From Eledone cirrhosa (lineage: Eukaryota): 64,000 nt of DNA. The stretch spans positions 3,596,001-3,660,000 of the forward strand of contig OZ024750.1 in assembly GCA_964016885.1 (NCBI GenBank), read 5' to 3'. The notes under the pieces were generated by a model. It did not search any database. It had not been told where the DNA came from and saw only the letters and a program-made list of their open reading frames with translations. The position numbers and the translations under genes were made by a program. Below, in pieces: positions 51,463 through 64,000 of the stretch (its first letter is position 1; the number at the start of each line of letters is the position of its first letter).

Positions 51463-51517
51463 ATGGCTCCTACAGAACTAGAACTGTTTCATTTGAAGGA
51501 AATCATTAGGAAAGTTT
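51218..51517. mobile_element. Fold-back element family B, three alternating hammerhead-like arms
   Basis: Tail, then a minus arm (about 51277-51335), a plus arm (about 51336-51395), (TA)n, and another minus arm (about 51457-51516). Cores are degenerate (CTGGTGA, TTAATGA, CTAATGA). Confidence 0.6.
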
Positions 51518-52419
51518 ATATATATATATATAGTGTTATATATATATATATATAGTGTCATGTCATACGGAATTTATCTAAATGTGGTGTGGTTCTTAAC
51601 ATTTACAAGTTTTTATCAACTGGTCACCTTTATAATGTGTGAATCTTATAGTCACCTTATGTATAAACACACAAATAGCATATATTGACATTACCGTATC
51701 AATGACATATTTAGATCCAGATTGTTTCTGCTTTTGGCACAAATCTGGGGTAGGCAAAAGTCAATTAAATTAAATCAACTCAGTATTTGACTGGTATTTT
51801 ATTTTATTGACCCTTTGTTTAAACAGACTGGGGTCAGATTAAGTCCTTTTGAGGTGTCCCCCTCCTCCCGTATATACAGTTGTTAGAAACATTTTTTCAT
51901 GGAATGTCAAATACATTTTTAATTTGAATAATATAGTGCCCCCCCCCCCTCTTTCCATGATGCATCAAGTAAGTTTGTTTAATGGTTTATCCAGACCAAG
52001 AACAGTCCAGTGATGAAAGCTACTCCAGCTATGACCATCTCATCTGTTTGATTGTCTAAGCCAATGTCTCCTTTCTTAAAGAGACCCTACAGTTGTTTTG
52101 TGTAGTCCCAACTCATTCTTGATTGAAATGACCTATGACAAAAGTCACTCCAGTCATGACCATCTCATCTGTTTGTACTCTATGTCTAAGCCATTGTCTA
52201 ATGTCTCCTTCCTTACAGAGACCCTACACTTGTTTTAAGTATGTAATAACATTTTGTAAAAGTGAAACATCAAAATATGGTTTATCTGATGTACATCTAT
52301 TTCATTTTACTAACAGCATCTCTGGACATGGCTTTCACTGCTCTTTCATCTACTAGTTTTTTTTTGTTTTTTTTTGGAGGGGGGGGGTGTTCCTTATTCT
52401 ACAGATTGTGGTAATCTAT

Positions 52420-53090
52420 CAAAGACCTCCTCCAGATCAACAAAAGCTACATATTGTGCGTTACCCTTCAGTAAGAACTTCTCACTAAGAAGAAAGCACC
52501 AGATGTACTCCATTCTGGCACAAATCCAAACTGCATCTCATTTAATCTACTTCTTTTCCTGATCAGTCATACTAAAACACTTTCTGTTGTCTTCATAACT
52601 TCCTCCATCAATTTGATGTCTCTGTAGTTGCTCCTTTCTCACACCTCACCTTTGTCTTTGTAGCAATTAATGATAATATTGCTGTACCAGTCATCAGATG
52701 CCATCATACCCAGTTGACTATGCAAGATTTGATTATGCTAATATCCTATTTCACTGAATATTTTCAACAATCCCTGATCATCTGTTGGTTTTTTTTTTGT
52801 CTTCGTTCCTATCCTATCTTTAACTATATAACTATTGACTCTCCTGTTGCTGTATCTACTGGGGATGGTCTCTCTTCTTCCCACATATTCTCTACATTCA
52901 GAAATGTCTTTTAATAACATTTTCTGTACTCTTCTGAGTGTTTCTGAGGCTAAGTCCACCAGAGAGCCATTCTGAACATACTTTACTAAACATCTTGATC
53001 CACACTGGCACACACTGCCTTGCAATCCATATCACCTTATGCCTCTCATCCTCTTGTCGCAGAACACTGGCAAAACTTTTCCTTTCAGTT
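52420..53090 (-). mobile_element. Degenerate RTE-clade LINE ORF2 fragment
   Basis: Frameshifted remnants (VLRQEDERH.VIWIARQCV, KYVQNGSL, IVN...GI.DDW) resembling the RTE region between endonuclease and RT. Recognised by eye only. Confidence 0.45.
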
Positions 53091-56000
53091 TCTCTCCAAG
53101 CCCTGTAAACCTGACATCTTTTAGCTACTCCTTATTGTTATTTCCTATTCTCTTTCTCCTAGTTTTTCCAGGCTTGTCTTTTATCTTTTATGGTTCTATC
53201 TACAATACCATCAGTACTATTCCACCACCATGCCACCTTTTGTATGGTTTGTTCTTTGCTTCAGCAACAGATTTTGTTAAATGTTTATAGTGTCTTTACT
53301 AGTGGACAGATGGACTGTTGTAAAAATGTCTGGTATTAGAAGAGAAAAGACTTTTAATTGAATCGGTCATAAAGCTGTTTTGTGCTTTTGAAGAATATCT
53401 TGCTAATATGGTACAGGACATTAAGAGTTAAAAATAAATAGGAAAGAGAAAAACTTCGAGGAAGATCCAAGTCTATCTTGGGACAAAATGGCAAATAGAT
53501 GTTTGAGCCAATTACGTGTCTGTTTATAATGTAGATCACTTATTGAAGTAACACTTTTTTATATATGAGAAACTGGACATAAGATTTATTAAAACTTAGC
53601 TATTTTTTTTTTTTATGTTTCTGGTCCATAGAAACTTCTTCAGTTAGAAGTTTATATTTTACTTTATTTTTAATAAAAATTTAATCGAAGTTTGAAACTT
53701 ACAATCAATTTAATGGTTGATGTGTGTCTGAAAATGCAGTAACTCATGTCAAAAATAGCTGCAATATGGTTGGCTTTGAGCCAGCTGGGATGTTTAAGAA
53801 AGATTTATTGAAAGTAACACAATGTTTGGGGTGGGTTTCTTTTCTTTTTTTCATCATTTATTATGTGTCAACAATTTTATTTTCGTCTCCTGATCAATGA
53901 AGTTAAACATACAGAATTTCTGATAAAAAATTTGGGCAATCTCTTAACTTTGCTTCGTTTGTTCCACTAGTTTCATCTCTGCTGGCCAAACTCCATATAA
54001 TTTTGAAAGTGTTTCGTGTGAAGGAAATTACTGGCTTTCTATATTACCCTTTTAAGTTAACCATAATTTATTTTTCCTTCAATTTTTTTGAGAGTTTATT
54101 ATTACCTGTATAGAAATTATAAATTTCAAACTTCCGATTTTGCTTCAACGGAGTAAGATTGAAAAAGAAGTTTTGCCAATTTTTACTGTAGCATTATCAT
54201 TTGAGAAGCCTCTGTACCAATATGATTTGAAAAGACTTAGGTGATTAATAATTTGTATAAAAACTGCCAACAATTCACAGCTATCTATATTTCTTATAAA
54301 CTTGGTCAGTTGTTTACAGTCATAAAAATATCATCCACATAAATCTTCTATCCATTTTTATTCTATAAAATGTTCTTTTTTCCCACTAGGAACAGTATTT
54401 ATTTATGAAAACATCTTGTACATATAAACACATTAACCCTTTAGTCTATATCTACTATTATATTTTCACGATAAAGGCTTTACCTCACATAATATAGAAT
54501 CTGAGATTTTGATATTATTTATTTTGAGAACAATACCTTAACATCAGTATGCATGACAGGTTACAGCAGGTTTAAACAGAAAGAGGTGAGAGAATTCTGG
54601 CCAAATATGGCAACTGACTTGGTAGAGATACCACAAGATTATTAACCATCTGTTACTAATGTGTTGATTAACTGCCTTGGTTTATACTCTGGGTTTGTGT
54701 ATTTGCCTATTTCTCAGACATAAAATAGGAGGTTGACTTATATTTGAATATATTTGGTAAATAATCAAATGTAATAAATTTATAGATTGTGAACTAAAGA
54801 AATTTTAAAATGAGGTATTTAGACCTTAAAATATCTGGAATTAAGATATTCCCTTTTAGTGAGAAGCAAACTAATCAAACCCACACCAAGATTGTAAAAT
54901 TGCAGATGTATCTCTCAAATAACTTTCTAATTAGTAAATAGTAAATTTTGAGCTTATTTTAATTAATAAAGTGAAATTTTGAAGTGTATTTTATTTTATC
55001 AGGTGAGCATTTATGTCTGTAAGTGAAAGGATCTAAATGAGATAATTGTAAAGTGAACACAAAAAGAATATGTGAAGGTGTACAATTATCTAAAAGTAGG
55101 ATAGGCAGCTTGAGAGGGCACTTTGACATTGTCAACAGTAAGGGTTATACATATATATATGTGTCCAAGCAGACAAACATGACAACTTTCAGACTGAACA
55201 AATAGACATTAGAAGTCAATACAATAGTGTCAATAAACAATTGTGTACTTAAGAGTTGATTATTGTTGATATAGTGGTTTCTATGCTGACAGGGGAAATA
55301 AGGGTTCAGGTATTTAAGAAAGATTCCTGAGCTGTAATCAGAAGAGAATTTCTTCTTCATAAAAAATAAGTAAAGCCTGTTACTAAGGTAGAGACAGTAT
55401 AGTTATATATGAAACTATAAAGTTTATTTAACACATTTTTCAAAAGCTAATGACAACTCTGCTCTAAAACTTTGCATATCTTTTTTAATTTAATCAATAT
55501 TTGCTTTAAAGAGCTTTACAGTGCAAGTTTATCTTTGTCTCTCAATCTTGTATCTGATTCTTTTCTGTTTACTTTCTTCATAGTTTTGTTGTTGTTTTCT
55601 GTAAAAGTAATAGTGACACTCTAAAAGAAAAGTGTTGCTCAAGAACTCAGATGTGCTGCCCAGTCCAGGAACTGACAACCCCACGATTGTGTGCCCAACA
55701 CTCTAACCACTAAGCCGAGTAGATTACAACTTGATACTAGCAAATGAAATAATTGATACATAAGTGATATGTAAACTGTTTGATAGTAATTCAACAAGTG
55801 TATTTCATTACAGGATGTTGACAGTTAATATTCATAGTTCCATGGTCCTGCTACTCTAAAATAAATGGATGTCCTTCTTAAATAATCACCCAAATATGTG
55901 GGACTGATGGCTAATTTAAGCAAAATTAACTTAAGCAAGCAGAATACCATGAAATGCATTGTGAGCAATGAGGTTCAAACTCCTAAGCCCTTCACCTTAT

Positions 56001-56793
56001 CCACTGTCTGAAATAGATGTACTATTATTTAGCCCTTAAGGGTAAAATACAATGGTGTGTATTTGAAGTAGATGTACTATTATTAAGTCATTAAGGGTTA
56101 AAATAGAGTGGCATATTTTTGAAGTAGCTATTTTACTATTTAGCCCTTAAGGGTAAAATACAGTAGTATGTATTGCTAAGAAGCAAGATAATCATTACTT
56201 ACACTATAAAAATTAATTTATGTATTCATTCAGCCTTTTCTCTTTTTTTTTCTTTGTTTCCTACGACTACAAGACTTATTATCATAATACTTGAAGAATG
56301 ACATTAACATTTTAGAATAATATAACAAATTAATTATGGTATAAACCATTTTTTGTTTTGTTTTGTTTCTTAATCTATTAGATTTTGTTTTGAAAGAGAT
56401 GGTATGATTGTGTGAGGTTAATGTCCCTCAAATATGCAGCATTCCATTTGCTTATCCTAGCATTTCCGTTTTCATGACATGCCACTGGTGTAGTGTAATA
56501 CTTAATATTTGTGAGCACTGAAAATATAGCTTAAATGGTAGCTAAAGGATTTGGCCTGCATACAAAAGTATGAAGTATTGAAATGTGAATGATAAAAATA
56601 GTAGATCTGTAATAACACTAGAGTAATGAGCTGATCATAATTTAATAGCGATACCATTTAACTCTTAGCATCCTCTAATGATTTACCAGAAAAATGCAAA
56701 TATCTAAAAGCAAGGATTGTTAATTCAAATGTTTGTAGTCTCTACTAATGAACACACCGTTGTGAAAATTTGTAGTTTTAGAATAATGTTTAA

Positions 56794-57001
56794 CCCTTTA
56801 GCATTTAAATTGGCCGTATCCGGCCACAATTCTCTCACTCCTTTCTGTTCAAACTGGCCGTAACCGGCCACTCATACTGATATTAAGGTAGTGTTCTCAA
56901 AATAAATAATATCAAAATCTCATAGATTCGATATTATGTGAGGTAAAACCTTTACCACGAAAATACAATAGTAAATATAGAGTAATGAAAATGGTAAAGG
57001 G
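56794..57001. mobile_element. piggyBac-type MITE, same family
   Basis: TTAA-CCCTTTAGCATTTA...TAAAGGG-TTGA, internal sequence colinear with 1760-1966. Confidence 0.85.
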
Positions 57002-57791
57002 TTGATGTTTAATATGATGCAGTCATATTGCTGTTTTGTACTTTTTAAAACCATCTCACTAATGCAGTTTCATATGCTACAGGATGATATATATATATGT
57101 GTGTGTGTACATTTATGAATGACACCAGTATTAATTATTTTCAACAACCCATGCTAGCGTGGAAGATGGATGTTAAACGAAGATGATGATAAACTTTAAT
57201 CTACTTATTCAAATGTTCACAATGGCAGCAGTATCAAAATTGATACTTACTGGTTTAAGAGCTATTGGTTATGTTGTTTAAAATAGCTTCAGTTAAATTT
57301 TCATTTTTCTAGGGTTGATGACATAAGTACTAACTAGATCAATTAAAGATGAAAGAGTGACTGGTAGTGACTAATTTCACATTAATTGGCTGTTGGTTAT
57401 GGCCCTTTATGATCCGAGTTCAAATCCCGCTGATGTTAACTTTGCCTTTCATCTTTACGGGGTCGATAAAATAAAGTACCAGTAATACACTGGGATAATT
57501 GCTGGCCTTGAGCCAAAAGTAGAAACAATTAATTGGCTGTAGGTTGCTGGTGACTCTTGTGTAACTTTATGGTTCCGAGGTTGAGAAACGCTGATCTAGA
57601 GATTCTTTTATTGCCTTGCTTAGATATGTTATCTTCCAACTCCATCAAATACAGCATTTAAGATAGTACAGTTGGGGGTGGATAATAAAAACATGCATGG
57701 GTGTAATGGATGGTGTTTACAGTTGAAGTAAATAGTCTTGAAATGGCCCTTTGTTATAAAATATAGAAAGAACAAATGAAAAAAGAAATAC

Positions 57792-57829
<38 letters not shown>

Positions 57830-58834
57830 CAAAACAAAAAAGATATAGGAGATAATGGTTTCTGATTTAGGCACAAGGCCGACAATTTTAGGAGAGGGGA
57901 AAGTTGATTAAATCAAACCAGTGCATTACTGGTACTTTATTTTATGGACTCTGTAAGGATGAATCATAATGGAAGTGACAGAAGATTAATATCATTCTCC
58001 GGTGGGTTGGCAGAATCGGTAGAGCGTCGGACAGCATGCTTCATAGCATGAAGTTACGGCCCTTTACGTTCTGATTTCAAATCCTGCTGAGGTTAGCTTT
58101 GCCTTTCATTCTTAAGGGGTCAATAAAATACAGTACCAGTAATGCAGTGGGGTCGATTTAAATGATTTTCCACTATCTTATATTAATGAAGTGGCTGATG
58201 CTGAATTGTGACCCTGGGTCCATGACCCAATTTCTACTAACAAACACTTCACTTACATCATTAACAGTTTTTAGAAAATGCCTGTCACACTATCCCATAC
58301 CCACTTCCATAGAAATTTCATGCTTAAGTAATAAATTACTATTTTATAGTAACACTTAACTATATAAGGCTTCCTGATATTTTACACATTAACCCTTTAG
58401 TGTTCAAACCGGCCAAAACCGTCCAGAATTCTCTACCTCTTTCTGTTGAAACTGGCTGTAACTGGTAACTCAAACTGATGTTAAGGTATTGTTCTCAAAA
58501 TAAATACTTTCAAAATCTCATAGATTCTATATTATGTGTGATAATTATGTGAGGTAATGCATTTACCATGAAAATATAATAGTATATATAGAGTAATGTG
58601 AATGCTAAAGGGTTAATGTATATTTTTTAATGAGATAACTACAAGGCCAAATTTAAAATATATATTCCTTATAAGGCAGCAAATTGCCAAGATGCTTAGG
58701 ATATAGGATAGAATGATTTGTGGTATTCATTATGGCTATTTGTTGCCCTCTCAGTTCAAATCTCACTGGTCAACTTTGCCTCCCATCTTTTTGGGGTCGA
58801 TAAAAAAAGTACCAGTCTAGTACTTGAGTTGATT

Positions 58835-58889
<55 letters not shown>

Positions 58890-61725
58890 GGAAGAAATCA
58901 GCTAGTTTCTTGCAGTTTGCAATAGCACCACCCTCCTAAATTTACTTCAATAACATGTTAGATAAACTGATTTTCCATTAAACTTACTGTTATATACTCA
59001 AATATAAGTTGCCCCTCTATTTTATGTCTGAGAAATGGGTAAAAATCCAAACCCTATTTATAAACCAAGCAGCTAATCAACACATCGTTTAGATGGTGTA
59101 TATAAACCATCCCCTCCCCCATTTTACCATCGATTTTATGAATTTATTTTTGGTGTCATATTCCTCAGCTTATATTAAAGTATTTACAGTAATAATTGTT
59201 TCTATTTTTGGCACAAGGCCAGCAATTATCCCAGTGCGTTACTGGTACTTTATTTTATCGACCCCGTAAGGATTAAATGCAAAGTTAACCTTGGCGAAAT
59301 TTGAACTCGGACCGTAAAGGGGCATAACTCTATGCTGCAAAGCATGGTGTCTGACCCTCTACCGATACTGCCAATCCACCACCTTCTATTTACAGTAGTA
59401 ATGTTCCTAAAAAACTTAATAGAAATTAGTGAGACAATCTGAAACAGATCAAACTACTGGCATTACTAGAGGAATTATAACATCCATCAACATAGAAGGG
59501 TTCTGTTTTTTGTCAATACTAAGTACTATATAATTTTTGTCAATACTAAGTACTATATCTTTTTTCATGAATCTCTCAATTTTTATGTAATCTTTATTAA
59601 ACAATAGATTTTTTTTTTTACGTTTCGTCATTTCTATTCTAATAATTTTTAATTGAGTTTTATCAAAACATAAATTATAAATCTTCCTCTATAAACAAGT
59701 CATTTAAGTCTAGCATTGAAAGATTTAAATAAAAATGTAATAGAGATAATAAGCTATTTATGATTCTGGGCTATAAGGTAAGGAAGATTAAATTAATCCT
59801 ACACTTACATTGTTTCAAGGAGACTTAGGGAAGTAAGGATTACCAATAGTCTTATTAATCTTTTTTATTTTATTTCATATACTTTATTTTTAGTGGTTTA
59901 TTAAATCAACATAAAACATGAACTCAGTGAAATATTGAAATGAAAAAACTAAAGTAACAAGATAAAATACAGCTTGCTTTTGATGGTTTGATTTTATTTA
60001 GTTTTCTTATGGCAAGATATAAATAAATTATAACTGATGTTTCTGTATTTATCAAGAATAAATTTAATAAAATCATTGCATCTTAAAAATTAATTAGTTT
60101 AACTCTTTTCATGACTAAGGAAATATGTTTAGAAAGCAGCGAGCGGAGTTTGAAGATTGAAATTGAAGCTTCACTGTAACTTTTTGACTAAATGAAATAG
60201 TCTAATAATGGGGCCTATAAATCCACAGAACAGAAAAAGATGGATATCGACTCCCATGTGAGCTGATACCCGTCTTTTTCTGTTCAGTGGATTTATCAAA
60301 AGGTGACAGCGAAGCCTTCTATTTCAATTTTCTTTCATTACTTCGGTACATCTGGAGATCCAACCGGATCAGTTGGAGACGATTGCTTCTGAGAGAATCT
60401 GCTGGAAGGATGTTTCAAGACTCTTCCTCCATGACCCTCTCAGGAATAAATAGGCGAAGAAGAAGAAGATTGTATTTCTAATGAAATGCATTGTATTTTT
60501 TTTCATATATAATTAGATCAGAAGGCTTTAATTTAAATAGGTACCCTTTAAAATGGGGGTTTTGTTTCATAGAACCAGAGACAGTTTTAGACAAGTCCGT
60601 ATCAAAAGGGTTAAACCTTCTATCAGTCACTTAACTGAAGTGAGTAAATGTTTTGATTTAACGGTTGCAGATGGTAACTTTATGAAGTAGATAATAACGC
60701 ATTAGATAAAGAGTCAGACCAGTTGATTTGCAATAAATAATTGACTGTAATATATTTTAAACTCATATCATGCTGAACTTGGCCTTTCATCCTTTCAAGG
60801 TCAATAGAATATATATCAGTAAGCTAGTGTAATTTATGTGATTAGGTCTCATCTAGTTCCATTGTGAGTTATTCAACCATATGTCCTCATCTTTGTTGTT
60901 ATAATCACAATGTTGTCTGCTGTTATATCCTCCAGCCTTCTTAAAATGCCCATCATCATCATCATCATCACCACCACCACCACTGTTCCACTCAATATAT
61001 ACACATATGCTCTAAATATATACACAAACACTCTAAACCTTGTTCTCCATAAAAATCATTCGACTTACACACAAGTCTTCTATAACAACCTAATGTACCA
61101 ATGCCATCACCAATGATGGCACTAGTGTTGGATGTATTTGGGTAGTCTCGGATTTGTATGCCTTATTTAGCACGGTTATTGGCTATATGAGCAATCATAC
61201 AAACTGGGAAATTTAGCATTTTTATTAAATTTATGGTTTGTATAAGAGAAACCATATAGTCTATGCTGACATGTGGAAATAAATAAAGATAAAAATGATA
61301 TTTAACCCTTTAGCATTTAAACAGCCATATCCGGCCAGAATTCTCTAAGGTATTGTTCTCAAAGTAAATATCAAAATCTCATAGATTCAATATTATGTGA
61401 GATAATTATGTGAGGTAAAGCCTTTACTGTGAAAATACAATAGTATATATAGAGTAATGTAAATGCTAAAGGGTTAAATAATTTATTTCTGGGATATAAT
61501 TACTTAAACGTTCAGCATGTATGTACAAATGACATACAGGATTAAATAAATGTATGAGTAACTTTGAAGAAATAACTATTTACAGGAACAAATGTAGGTT
61601 TAGAACCCAGGACCTTGTGATTGGAAAGTGAATTTATGGTAGCAAAATGGCTGATATAGGTAACACATTTTATGTATGTTTGTGTGTGTGTAAATTTTAA
61701 AGAGTTACAGACAGATATATATATA

Positions 61726-62040
61726 TCATCATCATCATTTTACGTCTGCTTTTCTCTGCTTGCAAGGGTGGGACGGGAACTGATTCTGGCTTGATTTCTA
61801 CAGCTGGATGCCCTTCCTAACACCAACCTCATTTACAGTGAGTGCTGGGTGCTTTTTTGCCGTGCGACCTCCACGACCACTTTGCAGTGGAATGATAGGG
61901 ACCCCAGTCCCTATCATCTCATTTCTACAGCTGAGTGAACTGGAGCAATGTGAAATAAAGTGTCTTGCTCAAGGAAACAACACATCAACCGGTCTGAGAA
62001 TTGAACACACAACCTTTCCAATGCTCTAACCGCTAAGCCA
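61726..62040 (-). mobile_element. Same SINE family, reverse orientation
   Basis: Reverse-complement match to 17710-18027. Confidence 0.8.
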
Positions 62041-62837
62041 TATATATATATATATAAATGCAAACATATGTAGCATATTATGGTTGATATTCTATCATCT
62101 TTAGTTCACTATTCAACTAAGACAGTATGTATTTTCTTGTTTCAATATAAACAACATCTTTGAACAGCATCTCTGTACCACCCTCCACCAAACTATATTC
62201 CCTTTCATGCTAACTGTACCCACCATACATCTCACCTTCCTTTCAATTCTATCTAAACCAGCTCCTATATTTCCCTACAACTACTAACCTGTAGCAATTT
62301 AAAATCAAACAATGGTACCCTTTTGCTATTGATTCAAAACAAATATCAACACACTAACAACATCTTGTCTAAGATATGTGAAAAGACTTAAGGTACATAC
62401 TATTCCTCTTCTTTAGACTAATGAAAGAAGAATATTATTAGCTAAAAAGCCTTCCTATGTATATACCATTATGTGCATTGTGTAAAGCATATTATTTACC
62501 TTAACCAGCCTGATTTGAAAGTAAACACTTACCTGAATACACCTCAGCTCCCCACCCCACCCCACTCCCACCCACTCATAAACACACTTACACAAAAAAA
62601 GGCAAAATGTCTGAATTTTTAGGAATTTCTCTTGTGGAAAATTATTTTGTGTAAGTTAAACGTTGCAGAGGTTAATTAGCTATCAGTAAATGATATATAA
62701 GCTCCGTACAGATTGGCTGATTAACTTGCTTTTTCGTTGTACAGTTGAAATCTCGACTACCATTCAACACTAAAGTGCCACAGTTTGTAAATTTAAATTG
62801 TTCATTCATTAATTTCTTAGGATTTAATCAATGACAG

Positions 62838-62925
62838 TGGGTAGGTTTGGGGGTTAGAATGTGTGTTGGGTAGGTTTGGGGGTTAGAATGTGTGTTGGGT
62901 AAGTGTGGCGGTTAGAATGTGTGTT
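62838..62925. repeat. 29 bp G-rich tandem repeat, 3 copies
   Basis: Unit tgggtaggtttgggggttagaatgtgtgt. Confidence 0.85.
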
Positions 62926-63180
62926 AACCGTTATTTTTTTGTCAATGACAAGATTTGTGAGATTTTAACTTAGCATTACAAACTAGTGAAATAATTGTCA
63001 CTTACATAGTGATTTTTGTTACCAACAGTTAACCTGATTAAACTGTTAAGATTTAACTCTTAACGCCCTGTACCACTTGAAACTACATTAGCAAAATATT
63101 CTTCAAAAGTACACTGCATCATATCTCTTTCTTTCTCACTCTCTTTCTCTTCTTCTCTTGAAGAAATCGACTGTTCAGAC

Positions 63181-63264
63181 TTGGAGATGGGGTGTGTTCC
63201 ACCAGATTTAGAGTGCCCATGTTTGGAGATGGGGTGTGTTCCACCAGATTTAGAGTGCCCATGT
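63181..63264. repeat. 42 bp tandem duplication
   Basis: ttggagatggggtgtgttccaccagatttagagtgcccatgt occurs twice. Confidence 0.9.
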
Positions 63265-64000
63265 CACAATGGTGTCTCTAAGATTCCCTCAGGACTTACA
63301 GGTCCATACATACTCTTTTATGTAAACAAAATGTTAACCATTCGGCATAATTTAATATTGATGAAAATGCTGAACAAAATCAATAGAACTGGTAGCTTTA
63401 ATCCACCGCCTGGTTAAATACCACCACTTGGTCCTTAGGTACCTTTAGCAGAGTCCTTTTGTTGCAAGCATTTGGACCAGGTATCTGCTCTAACGATAAC
63501 TATTACCCTCTAATAATGGAGGCCCTGAAAAGAGTCTTGATCATGGCCCTTAGAATTCTGGCTAAACCTGAGGTCCTCGAAATGGTCAGCATTTATTCTT
63601 GGAAGTTAATGGGACTACATATAGTGAAATGGAGGGGCAGTCAGTTGTATGAGAAATGAAAATACCAAAAAATATTAATCTAAAGACAAGACCAGCAATT
63701 TCAGGGTAGGAGAAAGTTGATTTTCTCGACATCTCCATCTTCCCCAGGAGGATAAAAGAAAAAAATTGACATCAGCAGGATTTGAACTCAGAAAGTAAAG
63801 GGCCATAACTAAATGCCACAAAGCATTTTGTCAGCCACTCTAATAATTCTGTCAATCCGCCATCTTTGAAAATACATAAAATAATACTGTAAAGATAAAA
63901 TACAACTTATACAACTTTCAGATTTATATATTTATATATAATTATTACTTATTGTCTGTTTTATATTCTCTTTACTGATATATCTACTTATTTATTGTTG

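Noticed and set aside
60287-60481. Possible second Ro60 exon
   Set aside because: No similarity to the expected continuation of the TROVE domain.

Overview
AT-rich, microsatellite-dense, intron-rich animal DNA. The SINE, RTE, CR1 and MITE content looks like an octopod cephalopod, but that assignment is inference. Three spliced protein-coding genes are supported. (1) A 1-acyl-sn-glycerol-3-phosphate acyltransferase (AGPAT1/2-like, + strand): five coding exons at 13754-28349, first coding exon not found, and a long C-terminal extension ending in an AKAP-like helix. (2) A complete three-exon V-ATPase subunit G gene (- strand, 39963-33281, 117 aa) with a CLEAR/M-box element upstream. (3) The first coding exon of a Ro60/TROVE2 homologue (+ strand, 48018-48525). 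The rest is tRNA-derived SINEs, piggyBac, Tc1/mariner and hAT MITEs, LINE fragments and tandem repeats. The most striking unexplained structure is a set of at least four to five unrelated short non-coding element families. They sit in or beside (TA)n tracts, mostly form fold-back inverted duplications, and carry type I hammerhead ribozyme motifs, one apparently intact at 23700-23770. They look like Penelope-like or retrozyme-type termini. All coordinates were read by eye; repeat boundaries are approximate.
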